The translations under genes and the position numbers were made by a program. The notes beneath the pieces were generated by a model. The model saw only the letters and a list, made by a program, of their open reading frames with translations, made no database searches and was not told the DNA's origin. Below are positions 49,521 to 62,037 of a stretch of DNA of 64,000 bases, in pieces. The DNA comes from Blastocladiella emersonii ATCC 22665 (taxonomy: Eukaryota > Fungi > Blastocladiomycota), in contig JANHCV010000005.1 in assembly GCA_025594325.1 (NCBI GenBank), positions 1,798,001 through 1,862,000 on the forward strand, read 5' to 3'. How positions within the stretch are numbered: position 1 is the first letter of the stretch; each line of letters opens with the position of its first letter.

Positions 49521-49761
49521 TTTGTGATAAGCACCCCTCACGCGATGAGGTAATTTATCAATGTATTCTCATCTTCTTCGTGCCCGAAAGTGACCCATGT
49601 AATCCAAATTCCATGAAGGACGGCCACGAACCGCGTTGCGCCACTCAGCTGAGCTCGCGCCTGCGTCAGCTGATGCAAGCCATGCGGTTGTTCCGCCACG
49701 CCCTCAACGCCACTCCTCTCCGCGCTCCCTTGACTTGCCTCCGTCCACATGCAACAACACC

Positions 49762-51932
49762 ATGGATGACACAACACTTGATGCAATGGAGCCGCCGCAC
49801 CTGACTCTTGCAAGTTTACCCTTCGAGCTGGCCGTCCGCGTCATACAGTTTTCGGCAGTTCGCTCCGTCCCCGCAGCTACCACAGGGCTGCTTGCAACAG
49901 CTTCGCATGACCAATGCGCGCTCTTGTCTTGGACCTTTGCGGTTGCACTTCGCCATCTCGCCACTTCAGACGCGGACGACGAATACAAGCTGCACGGCCT
50001 CATGGACGTGGTAATGAACGACCCGATCCACAGCATGGTCATTGTCCAGGTTGGAGACCTTCTCTTGCGCCGGATCCCGAAGACAGTCACACTCCGCGCA
50101 GATATGGAAGAGTGGTTAAATGACTCAAGTCCGCGCAGCTGGTGTCCTCGCTCCAGCCGCCCTTTCGTTGACTTTATGCGACTGCTAGGCAAAGTTATAC
50201 ATCTCAATCGCCTTGAGCTCCTGGAGCGGCTCGTCGATCAAGCGACAAAACTTTGCCCACAGATGTTTGAGCTGCGCTTCTTCAAAGGCGAATGGGTGCA
50301 TCTAGCTGACGCGGATATTGAAGCCGACTGGACCGCACCTCCGCTTTTATCCCTGCCTCAATTTCTTTGCTTCATAGCATGCGCGTACGCCCGCGTCGAA
50401 CTGCTGCACTCGCTTTTGGGCGATCGCAAGTACCAGTTAAGCATGTCAGACCTTGTTGCGCTTTTATGTGCGGAAGGTCTGCCGTGACGATCGTCAATTC
50501 TTTACGTAATTCTATGGGGAGCCCAGCCCTGGATGATCCGATTGGCGACATCGTCTCTCTTGCTCTTTCGCATGCCGCTGAAAGGCCCGCCTGTATTCGT
50601 GCCCAGTATATTTCCTTGGTCGTGGAGTCCGGCCCGCGCTTAATTCGGCAATTTCTCATGCAACTTCCGCTTGAAGCCAAAGCAGCTCTCGCTCGCGAGC
50701 CACCGTTGCTTGACGATCAGTTTGGCTCCACGATTCGCGAGCAATTGGTTGAGCGTCTTAGCAAATGCCTTTCGCTCACAGAGCTCGATCTCCTGCAGTC
50801 GTGCGGCCTCATGGACAATCAGCTCTGGGGCATCGCGATTGCCATGGCGGTAGCCGAGGACGACCGCGAAATTATCGACCTCATCCGTTCCCGCTCGCCA
50901 GGACAGTGGAAGGATCTTATTCTCAATGGTGCGCCGATGTCTTTGAGGCGAGACAAATGCCAGTTTTGACGCGTCGATTGTAGGGTTTCGCGGGAGTTTT
51001 TTGGAGGTCTACGGAAAACCACCCACGCAACGACTGCTTCGCTTTGCACTCAAGGTTGACACATCTAGTGGTCTAACCATTGCCGATTTTGTGCGAGTCT
51101 TCGTTGGGCTGCCCAGCCACGTGTACAATTGCCTCCTCACTGGCGAGGACCTTGTGGCGGACCCTATGCACCTTCTGGCGCTTACAGCTGCACGCTGCGA
51201 TAGCGTCGACAACAAAGATTTTGACAAGCAGATTCCACCGTCCGATCTGTTTACGTGCGTGCTAATTGCAACCACTCTCAGCCCGTCGACCCGTAGCGGG
51301 GCGCTTGACTTGATCCAGCAATCTTCGCTTAGACGCGTCGTCCTCAAGACCATGGTTGAGCAGATAGGACGATTCCATCTCTATCCCTACGAGGAGAACA
51401 TCCCTACGAGGAGAACATCCCTGGCCTCACGTTCTGCATGCACTGCCCACTCGCCGGCCAACAGCTGTTTCGTGACACGCTTACCATTCTCTTTGACGCT
51501 CTCAACCCTTATGTTTGGAACTCATCCATGGGCCTTGGTAAACATCTGTGGCGCCGCCTCTGTGGCTGTATCGGTACCAATGCTTACCGGCCGGACTGCT
51601 CATGCGATCGACTCGCGACCGCTCGGCTGATTGCACAAAGGTTGCTTGAGGCGAGAGCATCCTCTATTTCCTACTCCATATTTTCCGAGGCTACCTCTGA
51701 GAAGGGGTATCTCCCGCTCTCCGTCTGGGAGCTCATCCCCGACGGCGTATTTGACAGCGGTTTCAGCAGCAAAGCAATGGCCGAGTTTGCTGTCGATTAC
51801 TCCCGGAAAACCGGTGCATCGCTGGACACCGTTGTTGAGATATTGCAGCGCGTAGCCCCTCGTTTGGTTGGAGCAACCAGGTTTACTGAATTGACCCAGC
51901 GTCCCCCGACTCGGCTGCCGATCGATCTCTAA
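49762..51932 (+). pseudogene. F-box-like family copy F (long class), three frameshifts
   Basis: LTLASLPFELAVRVIQF; shifts near 50475 and 50965, and a 17-bp tandem duplication at about 51385-51418; CMHCPLAGQQLFRDTL, CSCDRLATA, QRVAPRLVG. Confidence 0.85.
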
Positions 51933-54258
51933 GCTCGACCATTTCGCGATTGCATCGATCTCTCCTCGTATAGAATTAATGGTTTCGTTCCTAACTTCGC
52001 GAGAGCCGAAGCCTCTCTGCGGCCGCTGAACGGATCAGTCCCCCTTGGTCGCGCGAAGCCTCGCCGTAATAGAGCCGCCCGACTGAAGAAAAAATGCTGT
52101 GTAAAATTTGCAGAGCGAGGCGGGACAAGTGCGGGGCTTTGCCCAAGCTATAGTGACCGCGACCTTGAAGCTCTCGTTTCGTCACATGACCCGATCACGT
52201 TGCTCCCGATGACATCACTCCCGTGTCGCGTTACGCCACTTCACTTCGGCCCTCGCTTCCGCTCTGTCCTCCTACCGTATGCTCCCCTCAATCAATGAAG
52301 CTGAGTTACTCCATGCAATGAATCTCATAAATCATGAAATCGACGGCGGGCTGGTCCCGTCTCTCCTGCAGCGCTTTGGGTGGCGCTCGCGCGGCGACGT
52401 GCTGTGCTCGACTCGACCGGTGACTTGAGTGTTCCGTTAGCATGGCTTTCGCACTCTGCTCTTGCGACTGCACGAGCGCTGCTTAGGCGAGCTCGCGAGC
52501 AGAGAGGCATGTCGCGAGACGCTTTCGCGTCGCCTGAGCTTGCAATATCTGGCGTCGCAAAGCGACCCCAGCTCGAAGTTGATGCTATTTGTGTTCTTAT
52601 TCTCTCTCTTGCGTCCATGTACTCGCTGTTCTTGCGTTACCGCCGCCGCCGCTGCACCGCCGTTGTGCCCGCCAGGCGTCGCGTCGCGTCTTGCTTCCTT
52701 GCCGCGGGACGTTGGGCTGAGCGAAGCGGTACGACGAAGTCGGTCGAACCCTTACGACGAGTAGCTACGCGGTATCCCTGCTTTGGTGGCGTGGGATGCG
52801 AACTTCATTACAAGCGGAGCGCGCATCTAGCTTTGCTCCGGCGCAAGCACGCGCGTCTCATCTGCTGTGCTGATGACCACTTCTGGGCCCGACCTCTGCC
52901 ACCTGCACGGCGGCGGCGGCGGAACGTGCGATCGATTCGCTAGAGCTCCTTGTCGAGCTCGGACGAGCTCTATTCTATGCGCGCCGCGAACCATCATTAC
53001 TTTCAACATCGTTGACAGGCTTCCCGTGCAAAATTTGTACAAGTCGACCACCGCGCAACTGGAGGCGAGCGTAAGTCGGCTGAGCAGGGAGGTCGTCGCG
53101 GGCGCGGTCGGGAGTGTCTCGTGTCGCTGTCAGCGACATGCCGTGGGCACCGTAACGCACGTCAATCCTTCGCGATCCTTCCACCGTAGGTCCGCTTCAT
53201 CCGAGCTCTCTTGTTCCGTGCCCAAGGAATCGAGCTCGCTCAAGGCCTCAATCTGGATCATAGCGTGCGACGCGAACGCCATCGTCGTCAGGTGCTTTCT
53301 TGGCGGAAAACCAACGCGTTGGTCGAGATCGAGTCGCCGCGCGCATTCGTTGTGCTTAGTTTATTCATGCCCTTCGCTCACGATTGCCAACTACTTCCAT
53401 ATCGGCTTGCCAAGAATACCAGCATTCTGTTGTGAGCGAGCGGCTCACCTCGACGCGTCCGTGACAAATCTGATCTAAGTTGCCTTGAGCGCGCTAGAGC
53501 TACGCGCTACGTGCGCGTATGCTGCAGTGAGGCGCTTTACAAGGTACTCGGCGCCCACAACCAAGGCGCGCTAGGGCTCCATCAAGAGGACCATCACCAA
53601 ATCGTGGCTGGCCGCGATTGTGCGCGCGTGAGCGCAGTTCGCTGCACAAGGAGTCGCTGCACAGGATGGAAAGGCGATCCGCCCGGAAGCCTCCAGCTTG
53701 CGCCGCTTCATCCGTAACCGACTTGATCTAGCCCATGAGCAGGAAGGCGAGCAAAAGCGAGAAGTAGGCGTGTCGGGACAGCTCCAACGCGCGGTACTGA
53801 CGCGTCGCGACCCATTCTCTCGTGTCCCTCCTTGTAACGCGGATCCGAAGCACGGTCTCAGCCAGCGCTACTACACCTGAAGCGAGTTCCGTGTGTTCCA
53901 CTTCATTTGTGCAGTTACTTGAATCACGCGTCGCGGACGCTTCAGTCGCGCCAGGTGATTGCAGCGAGAGGGCACTTGGGCAAAGCCCCGCACAGTTGAC
54001 ACCCGAACGGAGTGAGTGGTGGAGGTACTGGCAATTGGGAGACACGGAGCGTGCCGCGGGACGAAAAACGTGAGGCGCGTCGGGAGACAGTCTCCCGGGC
54101 GCGTGACTTTCAGCTGACCTCGCCGCGACGCGTCGCTCGGCGTCGCCCGCGCCCTCGCGCCGTTCGCCCCGCTTCCCCCTCAAGCTCTCCGCGCTCGATC
54201 GCCCCTCCCACTTTCTGCATTCACGGGCTCACGCAAGTAGACATCCACGACACACACC

Positions 54259-56251
54259 ATGCAATCGACTCCCAGCTTCACCATTGCGCATCCCCTCCTG
54301 CCGACTCCCACCTTCACCATTGCGCCGCCCGTCCTGCCGACTCCCACCTTCACCATTGCGCCGCCCGTCCTGCCGACTCCCTCCATCGCCATGGCGCAGC
54401 CCATCCAGTCGACTCCCACCACCACTCCTACCACCACCACCACCGTGGCGCAACCCAACCAGCCGCACGGCTACAAGCACTTCCCGATCCTCGTGGCCGA
54501 GGAGATCCTGCTGTACACGGTGGCGCTGCACAAGAAGTGCGGGATTCACGACCTCGAGTCGCTGCTGCAGTACTCGCGCGTCATGCTCCGCGGCGACATC
54601 CCGCGCGTGCATCGCGCCGTGCTTCTGTGCCTGTCGCGGCCCGTCGACATGGCCAAGATGACCGAGAAGGGTCTCGTCAAGTACCTCGGCATGCTCGCCG
54701 ACAACGGCATCAAGATGACCTGCTCGACCTCGGCCATGCGCAAGGCCATGTGGTTCCGCCACCTCGCCACCATCGAGTTCTGGCGCGACCGCGGCGGGCT
54801 CGCCATGGCCCAGCAGCTCATGCGCATCATCGGCAAGGCGTGCGCCCGCAGCACGGTCAAGCTCGGGCCCGACTTCTTTGAGCCGCGGGTACGTCTTTGT
54901 GCGCGTCATGTGGCACGAGCCGAGAACTTATGCGCATTCACGCTCGCTCCTGTAGACGACCTCGAAATCCCCGCCCGACGTGACCCAGAAGATCCTCGAC
55001 GCGTGCGCCGACTTCACGACCGGCAAGTCCAAGGAGGTCAAGCTGTCGTGCCTCGCCATGAACCGCGACTCGGTGTCCGTGTTCAACGCCGCCGTGGCCA
55101 ACGGCACCGACCCCGACGAGTCGCCGCTGTTGACACCACCGCCGCAGCACCAGCTCGCTAAGGTCGTGCTCGAGCACTGCACGATCGACGCGGAGCGGCT
55201 GCTCGCGTTCGAGTTCCCGGACTCGGTCGACAGCATCGAGCTGTCGTCGCACTGGCTCAAGTGGGTCCCCACGGAGCTGATTGGCTCGGTGGTGCATTGG
55301 CCCGCGGGTCTTCGCTCGCTGACGCTGACGGTCGTGTGGCTGCGGGAGCGGCTCGTCGAGTGCATGTTCCCGTCTGACGGCAGCGGGTCGCTCCTCCCGC
55401 CGCTCACGTCGCTGCGGATCGAGGATTGCGTCATGCAGAACCCCGAAGCGGCCCTCGCGCTCGCCAAGGGGCTCCCGCCCACGATCAAGTACCTGAGCCT
55501 GCGCGCCTCGGGCCTCAAGTCGCACATGCTCGCGGCCATGGTCCCGCACCTCCCGGCCTCGCTGCACACGCTCGACATTGGCGGCAACGACCTGTGCCTC
55601 AACAGCACAGCCGAGACCAAGCCGTGGATGCTGCCGGCCGGGCTCAAGTCCCTCTCGCTGCAAGCGTCCCGGCTCGACATTGGCGCGATCCGCGCGCTCG
55701 GCCCGGGTCTGCCGTGCGACCTCGAGCAGCTCGACCTCGGCTTCTGCACCATCAAGTCGTACCTCGAGAAGTACATGTTCCCGACCGACAAGTTCGGCCC
55801 GCAGATGGCCAACTTCTGGCGCACGACCCACGCACAGGTCACCGAGGAGCAGCTCCTCGCCTTCTCGTCGCTGCCGCGCGGCCTCAAGTACCTCAACCTG
55901 ATGGGCCATCCCGACACCCCGCTGACCGACATGGTATTCCGCGCGCTGTGCTTGTGGCTGCCGCGCGACATCGAGCGGCTCGCCATCGACGGGTTCGAAA
56001 ACACGCCGCGCGGGCTCAAGACCCTGCTGCCGAAGCTCCCGCCCAAGCTGTGGCAGCTCGACCTCGGCGCGACGTTCGTGAACATCGAGACCGCCAAGTC
56101 GCTCGTCGATCATGCGCCGGTGACGCTCAAGTCGCTCGTGGTCCGCCAGGCGGTCGTGGCCCCCGACGCCAAGGAGCACCTCGACAAGGCCCACGACCGG
56201 CCTACGCCGCCGCTGACCCAGTCTTTTGTGCGCGGGATCAAGTACGTTTGA
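54259..56251 (+). CDS. Leucine-rich repeat (RNI-like) protein; exons 54259-54888 and 54956-56251
   Basis: Intron 54889-54955 (GTACGT..TAG) joins the frames. Repeats LTSLRIEDC, IKYLSLRASGL, LHTLDIGGNDL, LKSLSLQASRL, LEQLDLGFCTI, LKYLNLMGH, LWQLDLGATF. Confidence 0.85.
54265..54420 (+). repeat. 36-bp coding minisatellite (about 4 copies) encoding PTPTFTIAPPVL
   Basis: Units start at 54265, 54301, 54337 and 54373. Confidence 0.9.
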
Positions 56252-56589
56252 GTTCATTCGACTATAAACTACAATTTGCATGAGTAAAAGTACAATCTGG
56301 TCCTCGATGAGTGATCTTCAAGTGGGAAGCGCGTCGCATCGTCGTCGCGTAACACCGCGCGCGTCTGGGCAGCTCGATGGTCTCTCAACCTTGCTTCAAG
56401 GTTCAAACTTGACGCCGCTGGTCTGCCTATAAGCATACATAGCGCGCTGAGGCTCACGTATCCGAGCATGCAAGAGCTGCTTTGCAAGTCAAGCCTGTGC
56501 GGAGGGCCGTCGTCGCGTTCGCACGCGCTGCGCCTTTCGAGCGCGAACCCACATCGGTCTCCGTCCAGCAGACGCTAACGTCAATCACA

Positions 56590-57972
56590 ATGGATCACTT
56601 GATGCAACATGAGAACATGGATCTCCGGCAGCCATCTCTTGCAGATTTACCCACAGAGTTGATCTTCCATGTGTTGCAGCTCGCGGAGTCGCGCTCGATC
56701 CTTGCGGCTACCTCCACGACTCTGTCCGCGGTTGCGCGCGACCATGCCGTTCTCACATCGTGGTCTCACACAGTTGCCTCTCGTCATCTCGCTGCCGCGG
56801 ACCTACGCTACCGCTACGACCTGTGCAATTTGGTAATCCGTCCGCTTCCTTGGCCACTGTCGAATCCGTATATGACTCAAACTCCTGCTCCGACGGAAGC
56901 CCCGACTCGAGCGGAAATCATCGAGAGAATTGGGATCATCTTGCTGCGCCGGACCCCCATTGGCGACTTGAATGACGCTCAGCTTCGAAAATGTATCGAT
57001 GAACGCTATCGGGTGGAAGAAGATTCCTCGGGGTTTTATCGCATTAAAGTAGGCGGCAAATCGTCCCCGAAGCACCCGTTAATCACGCTTCTCTGCATTC
57101 TCGTCAATGTTGCTGCATTTGGCAATGCGGAACTTTTGGTACAGCTCCTTCGCAAATTTATGCGCGCCCAGCCGTCGCTACTTCAGCTTCGCCTCTCGTT
57201 GCTGCACTGGGGCCTGATTGCTGAATCTGATCCGTTCGAATTGGTGGATGTAGTTAGCCGTAGCACTTTGTCCGCTGTTCCGCTCACAATTGCAGAGTTT
57301 CTCGGCTTTGTCGCATGTCTCTGCTTCCGCTTCGAAATCCTGGAGGTTCTTCTCGGTAACAAGGAATACCAGGCGAGCAAGTCGGCCGTGGTGGCACTGC
57401 TTCGCAACTCCAAACTTGCCGAAGGAGTCGCGCTAAATTATTCCACCTCCGACACAAGCCTCGGCGAAGTCGAAACCGACGTTGGCCGCAGCACGTCAGC
57501 CATCCTTTTGCTTGCCCTAGCGGACACGTCACGCTGGCCGGCCTCTCTCGCCGCCGAGTATATTTCCATCGCGGTCAGCTTGGGCCCCGACTCCTTGGTG
57601 TCGATCTTGGAAACTTTATCACCTCAAACTAGGTGGTTTCTCCTCCAAAACTCGCCGCTTGTCGACGATCTGTACGGCGAGTCCATTCGAAACGACCTGA
57701 TCGCACTGCTTCCTGAACTCAATAGTTCGGTGAACTTGATCCTGTTGCTTGGGCGATGCGGCCTCCTGGACAAGGATATCAGGCTTCACGTACTAACTAC
57801 AGCGGCCATGAGTGCACTGGATCGCAGGCTTGCGTTGCGCGAGCGACTGGCTTCAGATGCACACCACAAGGCGAAGCGTGGAATGTGTTATATGCTTATC
57901 AGAGGGCTCACAGGGATCGTCGTCGTCTGTTTTTGGCTGCCCCACTTGGTGATTTCGCTCTTCGACGAATGA
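56590..57972 (+). CDS. F-box-like family copy G (short class), intact, with a C-terminal hydrophobic helix
   Basis: SLADLPTELIFHVLQL; HPLITLL; IAEFLGFVAC; LLGRCGLLD; ends LTGIVVVCFWLPHLVISLFDE*. Confidence 0.8.
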   Translation: MDHLMQHENMDLRQPSLADLPTELIFHVLQLAESRSILAATSTTLSAVARDHAVLTSWSHTVASRHLAAADLRYRYDLCNLVIRPLPWPLSNPYMTQTPAPTEAPTRAEIIERIGIILLRRTPIGDLNDAQLRKCIDERYRVEEDSSGFYRIKVGGKSSPKHPLITLLCILVNVAAFGNAELLVQLLRKFMRAQPSLLQLRLSLLHWGLIAESDPFELVDVVSRSTLSAVPLTIAEFLGFVACLCFRFEILEVLLGNKEYQASKSAVVALLRNSKLAEGVALNYSTSDTSLGEVETDVGRSTSAILLLALADTSRWPASLAAEYISIAVSLGPDSLVSILETLSPQTRWFLLQNSPLVDDLYGESIRNDLIALLPELNSSVNLILLLGRCGLLDKDIRLHVLTTAAMSALDRRLALRERLASDAHHKAKRGMCYMLIRGLTGIVVVCFWLPHLVISLFDE

Positions 57973-58430
57973 AGAGCAAGCTGTCCCGCGCCGTGATTCT
58001 TCCAAGCATGTCTCTCTGCAGCGAGCCCCTGCAAAAAAAGGCCCTCGCACTCGCTATTTCGCGCCCCCATCCACGGAAAACACTTGGATTCTCATAATTT
58101 CATTCTGCGCTCGCCTCGGTTTGGCCAAACGAACAGGTTTCGCATTTAATTCCTCTGACTTTGGTCGGGAACGGCGTCGGGGTGCCGTCTGGCGACAAGA
58201 CGCATCAATTTAGTGGAACAAATAGCTATATCTTTGTCATGTGGTTGTTATAGGCCATGGATTCCTGCTCGACACGAGATGGGCAAAGCAGCCCCGCACA
58301 CTTTGACCTAATGCATTTCTCCCTGCTCCGCCGACCGCTATAACAATCCGCATTCCATGTTCAATCTTGTGTATGCTTCGTCTATCCGTGTCGCTCGATT
58401 TTCCTAGCCTCGGGTTCGCATCCGCGTTGC

Positions 58431-58463
58431 GACGCGTCGATCAAATCACGTGGTCAGGTGACC
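58431..58463 (+). promoter_or_regulatory. Short-class upstream module GACGCGTCGAT(C)AA(A)TCACGTG (also 60088, 61908, 63466)
   Basis: Four near-identical copies, each about 110-140 nt upstream of a family start codon. Contains ACGCGT and TCACGTG. Confidence 0.65.
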
Positions 58464-58560
58464 TGAGTGCGTAAGCGGCGCTTGCCGCTTGCGGCCGCGG
58501 AGGCTCGCGTCCTTTCTCCACCAACCGTAGCTCCCAGCACTCATGATCGTCAACGACTTC

Positions 58561-59900
58561 ATGCAACGCAACACCATGGATCACCGGAACTCTGACCTCG
58601 CCCGTCGGCCGCCCGACTTGGTCGAGCGCGTTTTGCAGTTCGCCGAGCCTCGCTCGGCCCTTCCCGCGGTCACTTCCATGTTGCGTGCAGCTGCGCAAGA
58701 TCAGTGCGGCCCAAATCGTGGAACCACGTTGTTGCTGTCCGACACTTTCATGCCGCGGGCGCGCAAGGCGGTTACTTCCTTTGCAATCGCGTAGGACCAG
58801 CTCCAATCTCGATTCCGACTCGGACCTCGTCTCTGGCCCCGCTTCCAGACCGTGTAGCCGAGCGGATTGCCATCATTTTGCTGTGCGGCGCTTCAGCTGA
58901 AAACCTCATGGACACGGTGCTGGCAAACCGAATTTCTCACCATCACGCCGCCGGGAATCACCACCGCCTTTCGTCCGAGTGTCCAACCGTCACTTTACTC
59001 CGCACTCTCGTTCGCGTGATCGCCTTTGGGAGCTTCAACCTCGTGACGCGCCTTATCCACGACACCATGTGGATTGAGCCACTGCTGTTCGAGACTCGCC
59101 TCCCGCTCACAACCTGGAGTCTGCTCGCAGACACCGAGACAATTCAATGGATTCGGGTCAAAAGCCAGCAGTTTGCCACCTCGATCAAGCTCGCCCAGTT
59201 CCTCGCGTTCGTTGCTTGCACCTTCTTCCGCGTCGAAGTCCTGGGGTTCTTTGTCGGCAACAAGTCATACCAAGCGAATGAATCGGAGCTTACCGCCGTC
59301 TTCCGCGGCCCAAAGGCTGCCGAGACGGTTTTCCAAGGGTATCACAGATTGTGTCTAGTCGACCGAGACGTGCAGGACCGCGCCACGGCCATTTTCCCGA
59401 TCATCCTTACCGACACATCCAAGTGGCCCGCCTTCTCGGCTGCCTTTTGCATCGCTTCCGTGGTGCGCTTGATGTCTGACGAAGTCTTGTCGATCCCCGC
59501 AGACCAAGGCCTCGCTCGTGCGCAGCTCGTTGTTCAAAGACGAGACGCGCAAAACGGCCAGCTCATCCGCGTCAGCGTTTCCAGTCTGTTCCCCGAGTTT
59601 ATGGCGGAGAACGCGGTCGATCTCCTCGAGTCGTGCGGGCTCATGGACGCGGCAATGCGGCGGAGGGCAGAGCATTTCGGCGACATGCAGACCGCCAACG
59701 AAATCATGGCCACGTTCTACCGCTGGGGCCTCGAATCACGCCGTAAAAAGTACAGCGTCTCGCGTGTCTTGAAGACCATCGTTGCGTATTCGCCCTTGCT
59801 GATCTTCTTTGCGATCTTGGCGATGGCGGGAGGGCTCGCTTGGGCTATCGTCCGTGTCGTCCTTTGGGCGTGTGGGTGGATGTGGGCCCTGCTGGTGTAA
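58561..59900 (+). pseudogene. F-box-like family copy H (short class), single frameshift near 58712
   Basis: MQRNTMDHRNSDLARRPPDLVERVLQFAEPRS, then the 58704-59900 frame; two C-terminal hydrophobic segments. Confidence 0.8.
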
Positions 59901-60216
59901 GGAGAAGCTAACTTGAGTTCCCTGTCGCCTGCTTTGATCAAGAGACTGCAGCGCGCCGAGTGTCGTTCACGGTTGTCGGACGTATCAATAATATGGCCAT
60001 GCAAACACTCGTCTCGGTGGCAGGTAGAGGTAAGAACCTCTCAAGCATGATCCGACTGGAACACGTCGAGGGGATGACTTTGCTCTCGACGCGTCGATAA
60101 ATCACGTGGGGGCGCGACAAGCACGCGTTGGCAGCGCCGCCGCTGCAACGGCCGCAGCTCGCTTCCTCTCCCCGCCAACCTCGCAACGCTGAAGGCCCGC
60201 CATCGCCAACGACTTC

Positions 60217-61560
60217 ATGCAACGCATTACCCTGAATCTCGATACCGGTAGCCTTGCAATTTTACCCGTCGAGCTCGTCTCGCGGGTCGTGCAGTTTGCC
60301 GAACCACGTCCGGCGCTTCTCGCAGTTTCTTCAGTGCCGTGTTCAGCTGCGCAAGACAAGTGCGTGCTTGAGTCATGGAACCTCATCGTTGCGTCTCGCT
60401 ACCTCGTTGCCGCGGACGCGCAAGGCGGTCACGACTTTTGCGATCGCGTGGGAACGCCTCCGATTCCGGCTCCAAATCAACCTGTGTCTCTGATACCGCT
60501 TCCACATCGAGTCTCCGAGCGGATTGCCATTCTTTTGCTCCGCCGCGCCTCGGCTGACCACCTCACTGAGACTGTGCTCGCAGAGCAGCTTCCTTACCAT
60601 CGCGTCACGGAAAACCAAGGCCGTCCTACCGAGTTTAAGACCATCATGTTTCTCCGCATTTTCGTCCGCGTGGTCGCCTTTGGAAGCTTCGATCTCCTGA
60701 CGCGTCTAATCCGCGACACCGTGCGGATTCAGCCGCTGCTCCTCGCAGCCCGACTCCCATTTGCGTCATGGACTTTGCTCGCTGATACCGAGCCGGTTCA
60801 GTGGATCAAAGTCGGCTGCCAGCATTTCGACACCTCGATCAATCTCGCCCAGTTTCTCGCGTTCTCTGCCTCTGCTTTTTTTCGTGTCGAAGCCCTGGAC
60901 CTTTTTATCGGCAACGAGCCGCACCAGTCCAGCGATTCGGGCATTGCCGCCGTCTTTCGCGAGCCCACAGCTGCCATGGCGGTTCTGAAAGGGTATCACA
61001 AGTTGTGTAAGGTCGACCGAGGCGTCCGAGACCGCTCTGCGGCCATCTTTCGACTTGTCCTTACCGACGCGTCCGAGTGGCCTGCCCCTGTGATTGTCGC
61101 GTATGTTGTTGGCGTGTTTTCCTTGGGCAACGACGAAGTCTTGTCAATTCTTCGTGGTCTGACGCCTCTTACCAAGTCCTCGCTCGCCCGTCACTCGCCG
61201 CTCAACGACCAAGCAGCCGGTAATGTAATTCGCCGCTCCGTGTCAAACCTGATTCCCGAGTTCATACTAGAAAACTCGGTCGACCTGCTTGATTCGTGCG
61301 GCCTTATGGACGAAACTTTGCGCCAGGCGGCTGATGATCTCGTCTACATAAAGACAAGCAACCGAATCATGGCCAATCTCTTCCGCTGGATCGTCCTCAA
61401 AAAGCGCAAATCGGCCAGATTAACGCAAGTGCAGTGGACTGTGATTGTACTCTGCGTCATTGCGGCTTTCGTGGCGGTCCTGGTAATGCTTTGCACGTAC
61501 TCTTGGCGATTCCTCCTATTTTTGCATGGATGGCTTTGGGCACTGCTGAACCGTTGGTAA
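60217..61560 (+). CDS. F-box-like family copy I (short class), intact 447 aa, C-terminal membrane anchor
   Basis: SLAILPVELVSRVVQFAEPRP; LAQFLAF; LLDSCGLMDE; KKRK followed by VIVLCVIAAFVAVLVML..FLLFLHGWLWALL. Confidence 0.85.
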   Translation: MQRITLNLDTGSLAILPVELVSRVVQFAEPRPALLAVSSVPCSAAQDKCVLESWNLIVASRYLVAADAQGGHDFCDRVGTPPIPAPNQPVSLIPLPHRVSERIAILLLRRASADHLTETVLAEQLPYHRVTENQGRPTEFKTIMFLRIFVRVVAFGSFDLLTRLIRDTVRIQPLLLAARLPFASWTLLADTEPVQWIKVGCQHFDTSINLAQFLAFSASAFFRVEALDLFIGNEPHQSSDSGIAAVFREPTAAMAVLKGYHKLCKVDRGVRDRSAAIFRLVLTDASEWPAPVIVAYVVGVFSLGNDEVLSILRGLTPLTKSSLARHSPLNDQAAGNVIRRSVSNLIPEFILENSVDLLDSCGLMDETLRQAADDLVYIKTSNRIMANLFRWIVLKKRKSARLTQVQWTVIVLCVIAAFVAVLVMLCTYSWRFLLFLHGWLWALLNRW

Positions 61561-62037
61561 TGCTTGAGCGAGTTCCCTGCGCTGCACTTGTCCCCGAGCC
61601 CTTGCGTTATTGGTGCGACAAGCTTGCTATGTCCCGTGAGCACGGGCCCGCCTCGTACTGTGCTGCAGTTGGAGGACGAAATGGTTTCATGTATTCGATG
61701 CAATTGTTCTCGAGCTGCATTCCCTTGGATGCTCATGTGGTAGGTGGTCCGGGCGCGCTGCTTGTCAGCGAACGTGATACGGCTTCCGTGGTTAGACCTG
61801 ACGAAGCGCCACGGCTGCACTTTTTCAGCGTGTTTTGATGGAAAGCGATGGCCACGACCCGGAGGCCCAGCTGGTGCCCGAGTCCGTCTGCTCCGACGTT
61901 CAGGAAGGACGCGTCGATCAATCACGTGAGGGCTTGATGAGGAAGGCGGCTGCCGCACCGAGCCGCGGCGAAGTCGCGCTCGGTCGATCCATCCCTCCAG
62001 ATCTGCAGTCACAAGTCCCGAAATCATCTATGACTTG

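Noticed and set aside
52380-53900. Several 70-200 aa ORFs
   Set aside because: No consistent codon bias or motifs; at most a decayed gene.
54265-54420. CRISPR-like reading of the 36-bp repeats
   Set aside because: Units are contiguous with no spacers, are in frame in a eukaryotic gene, and there are no cas genes.
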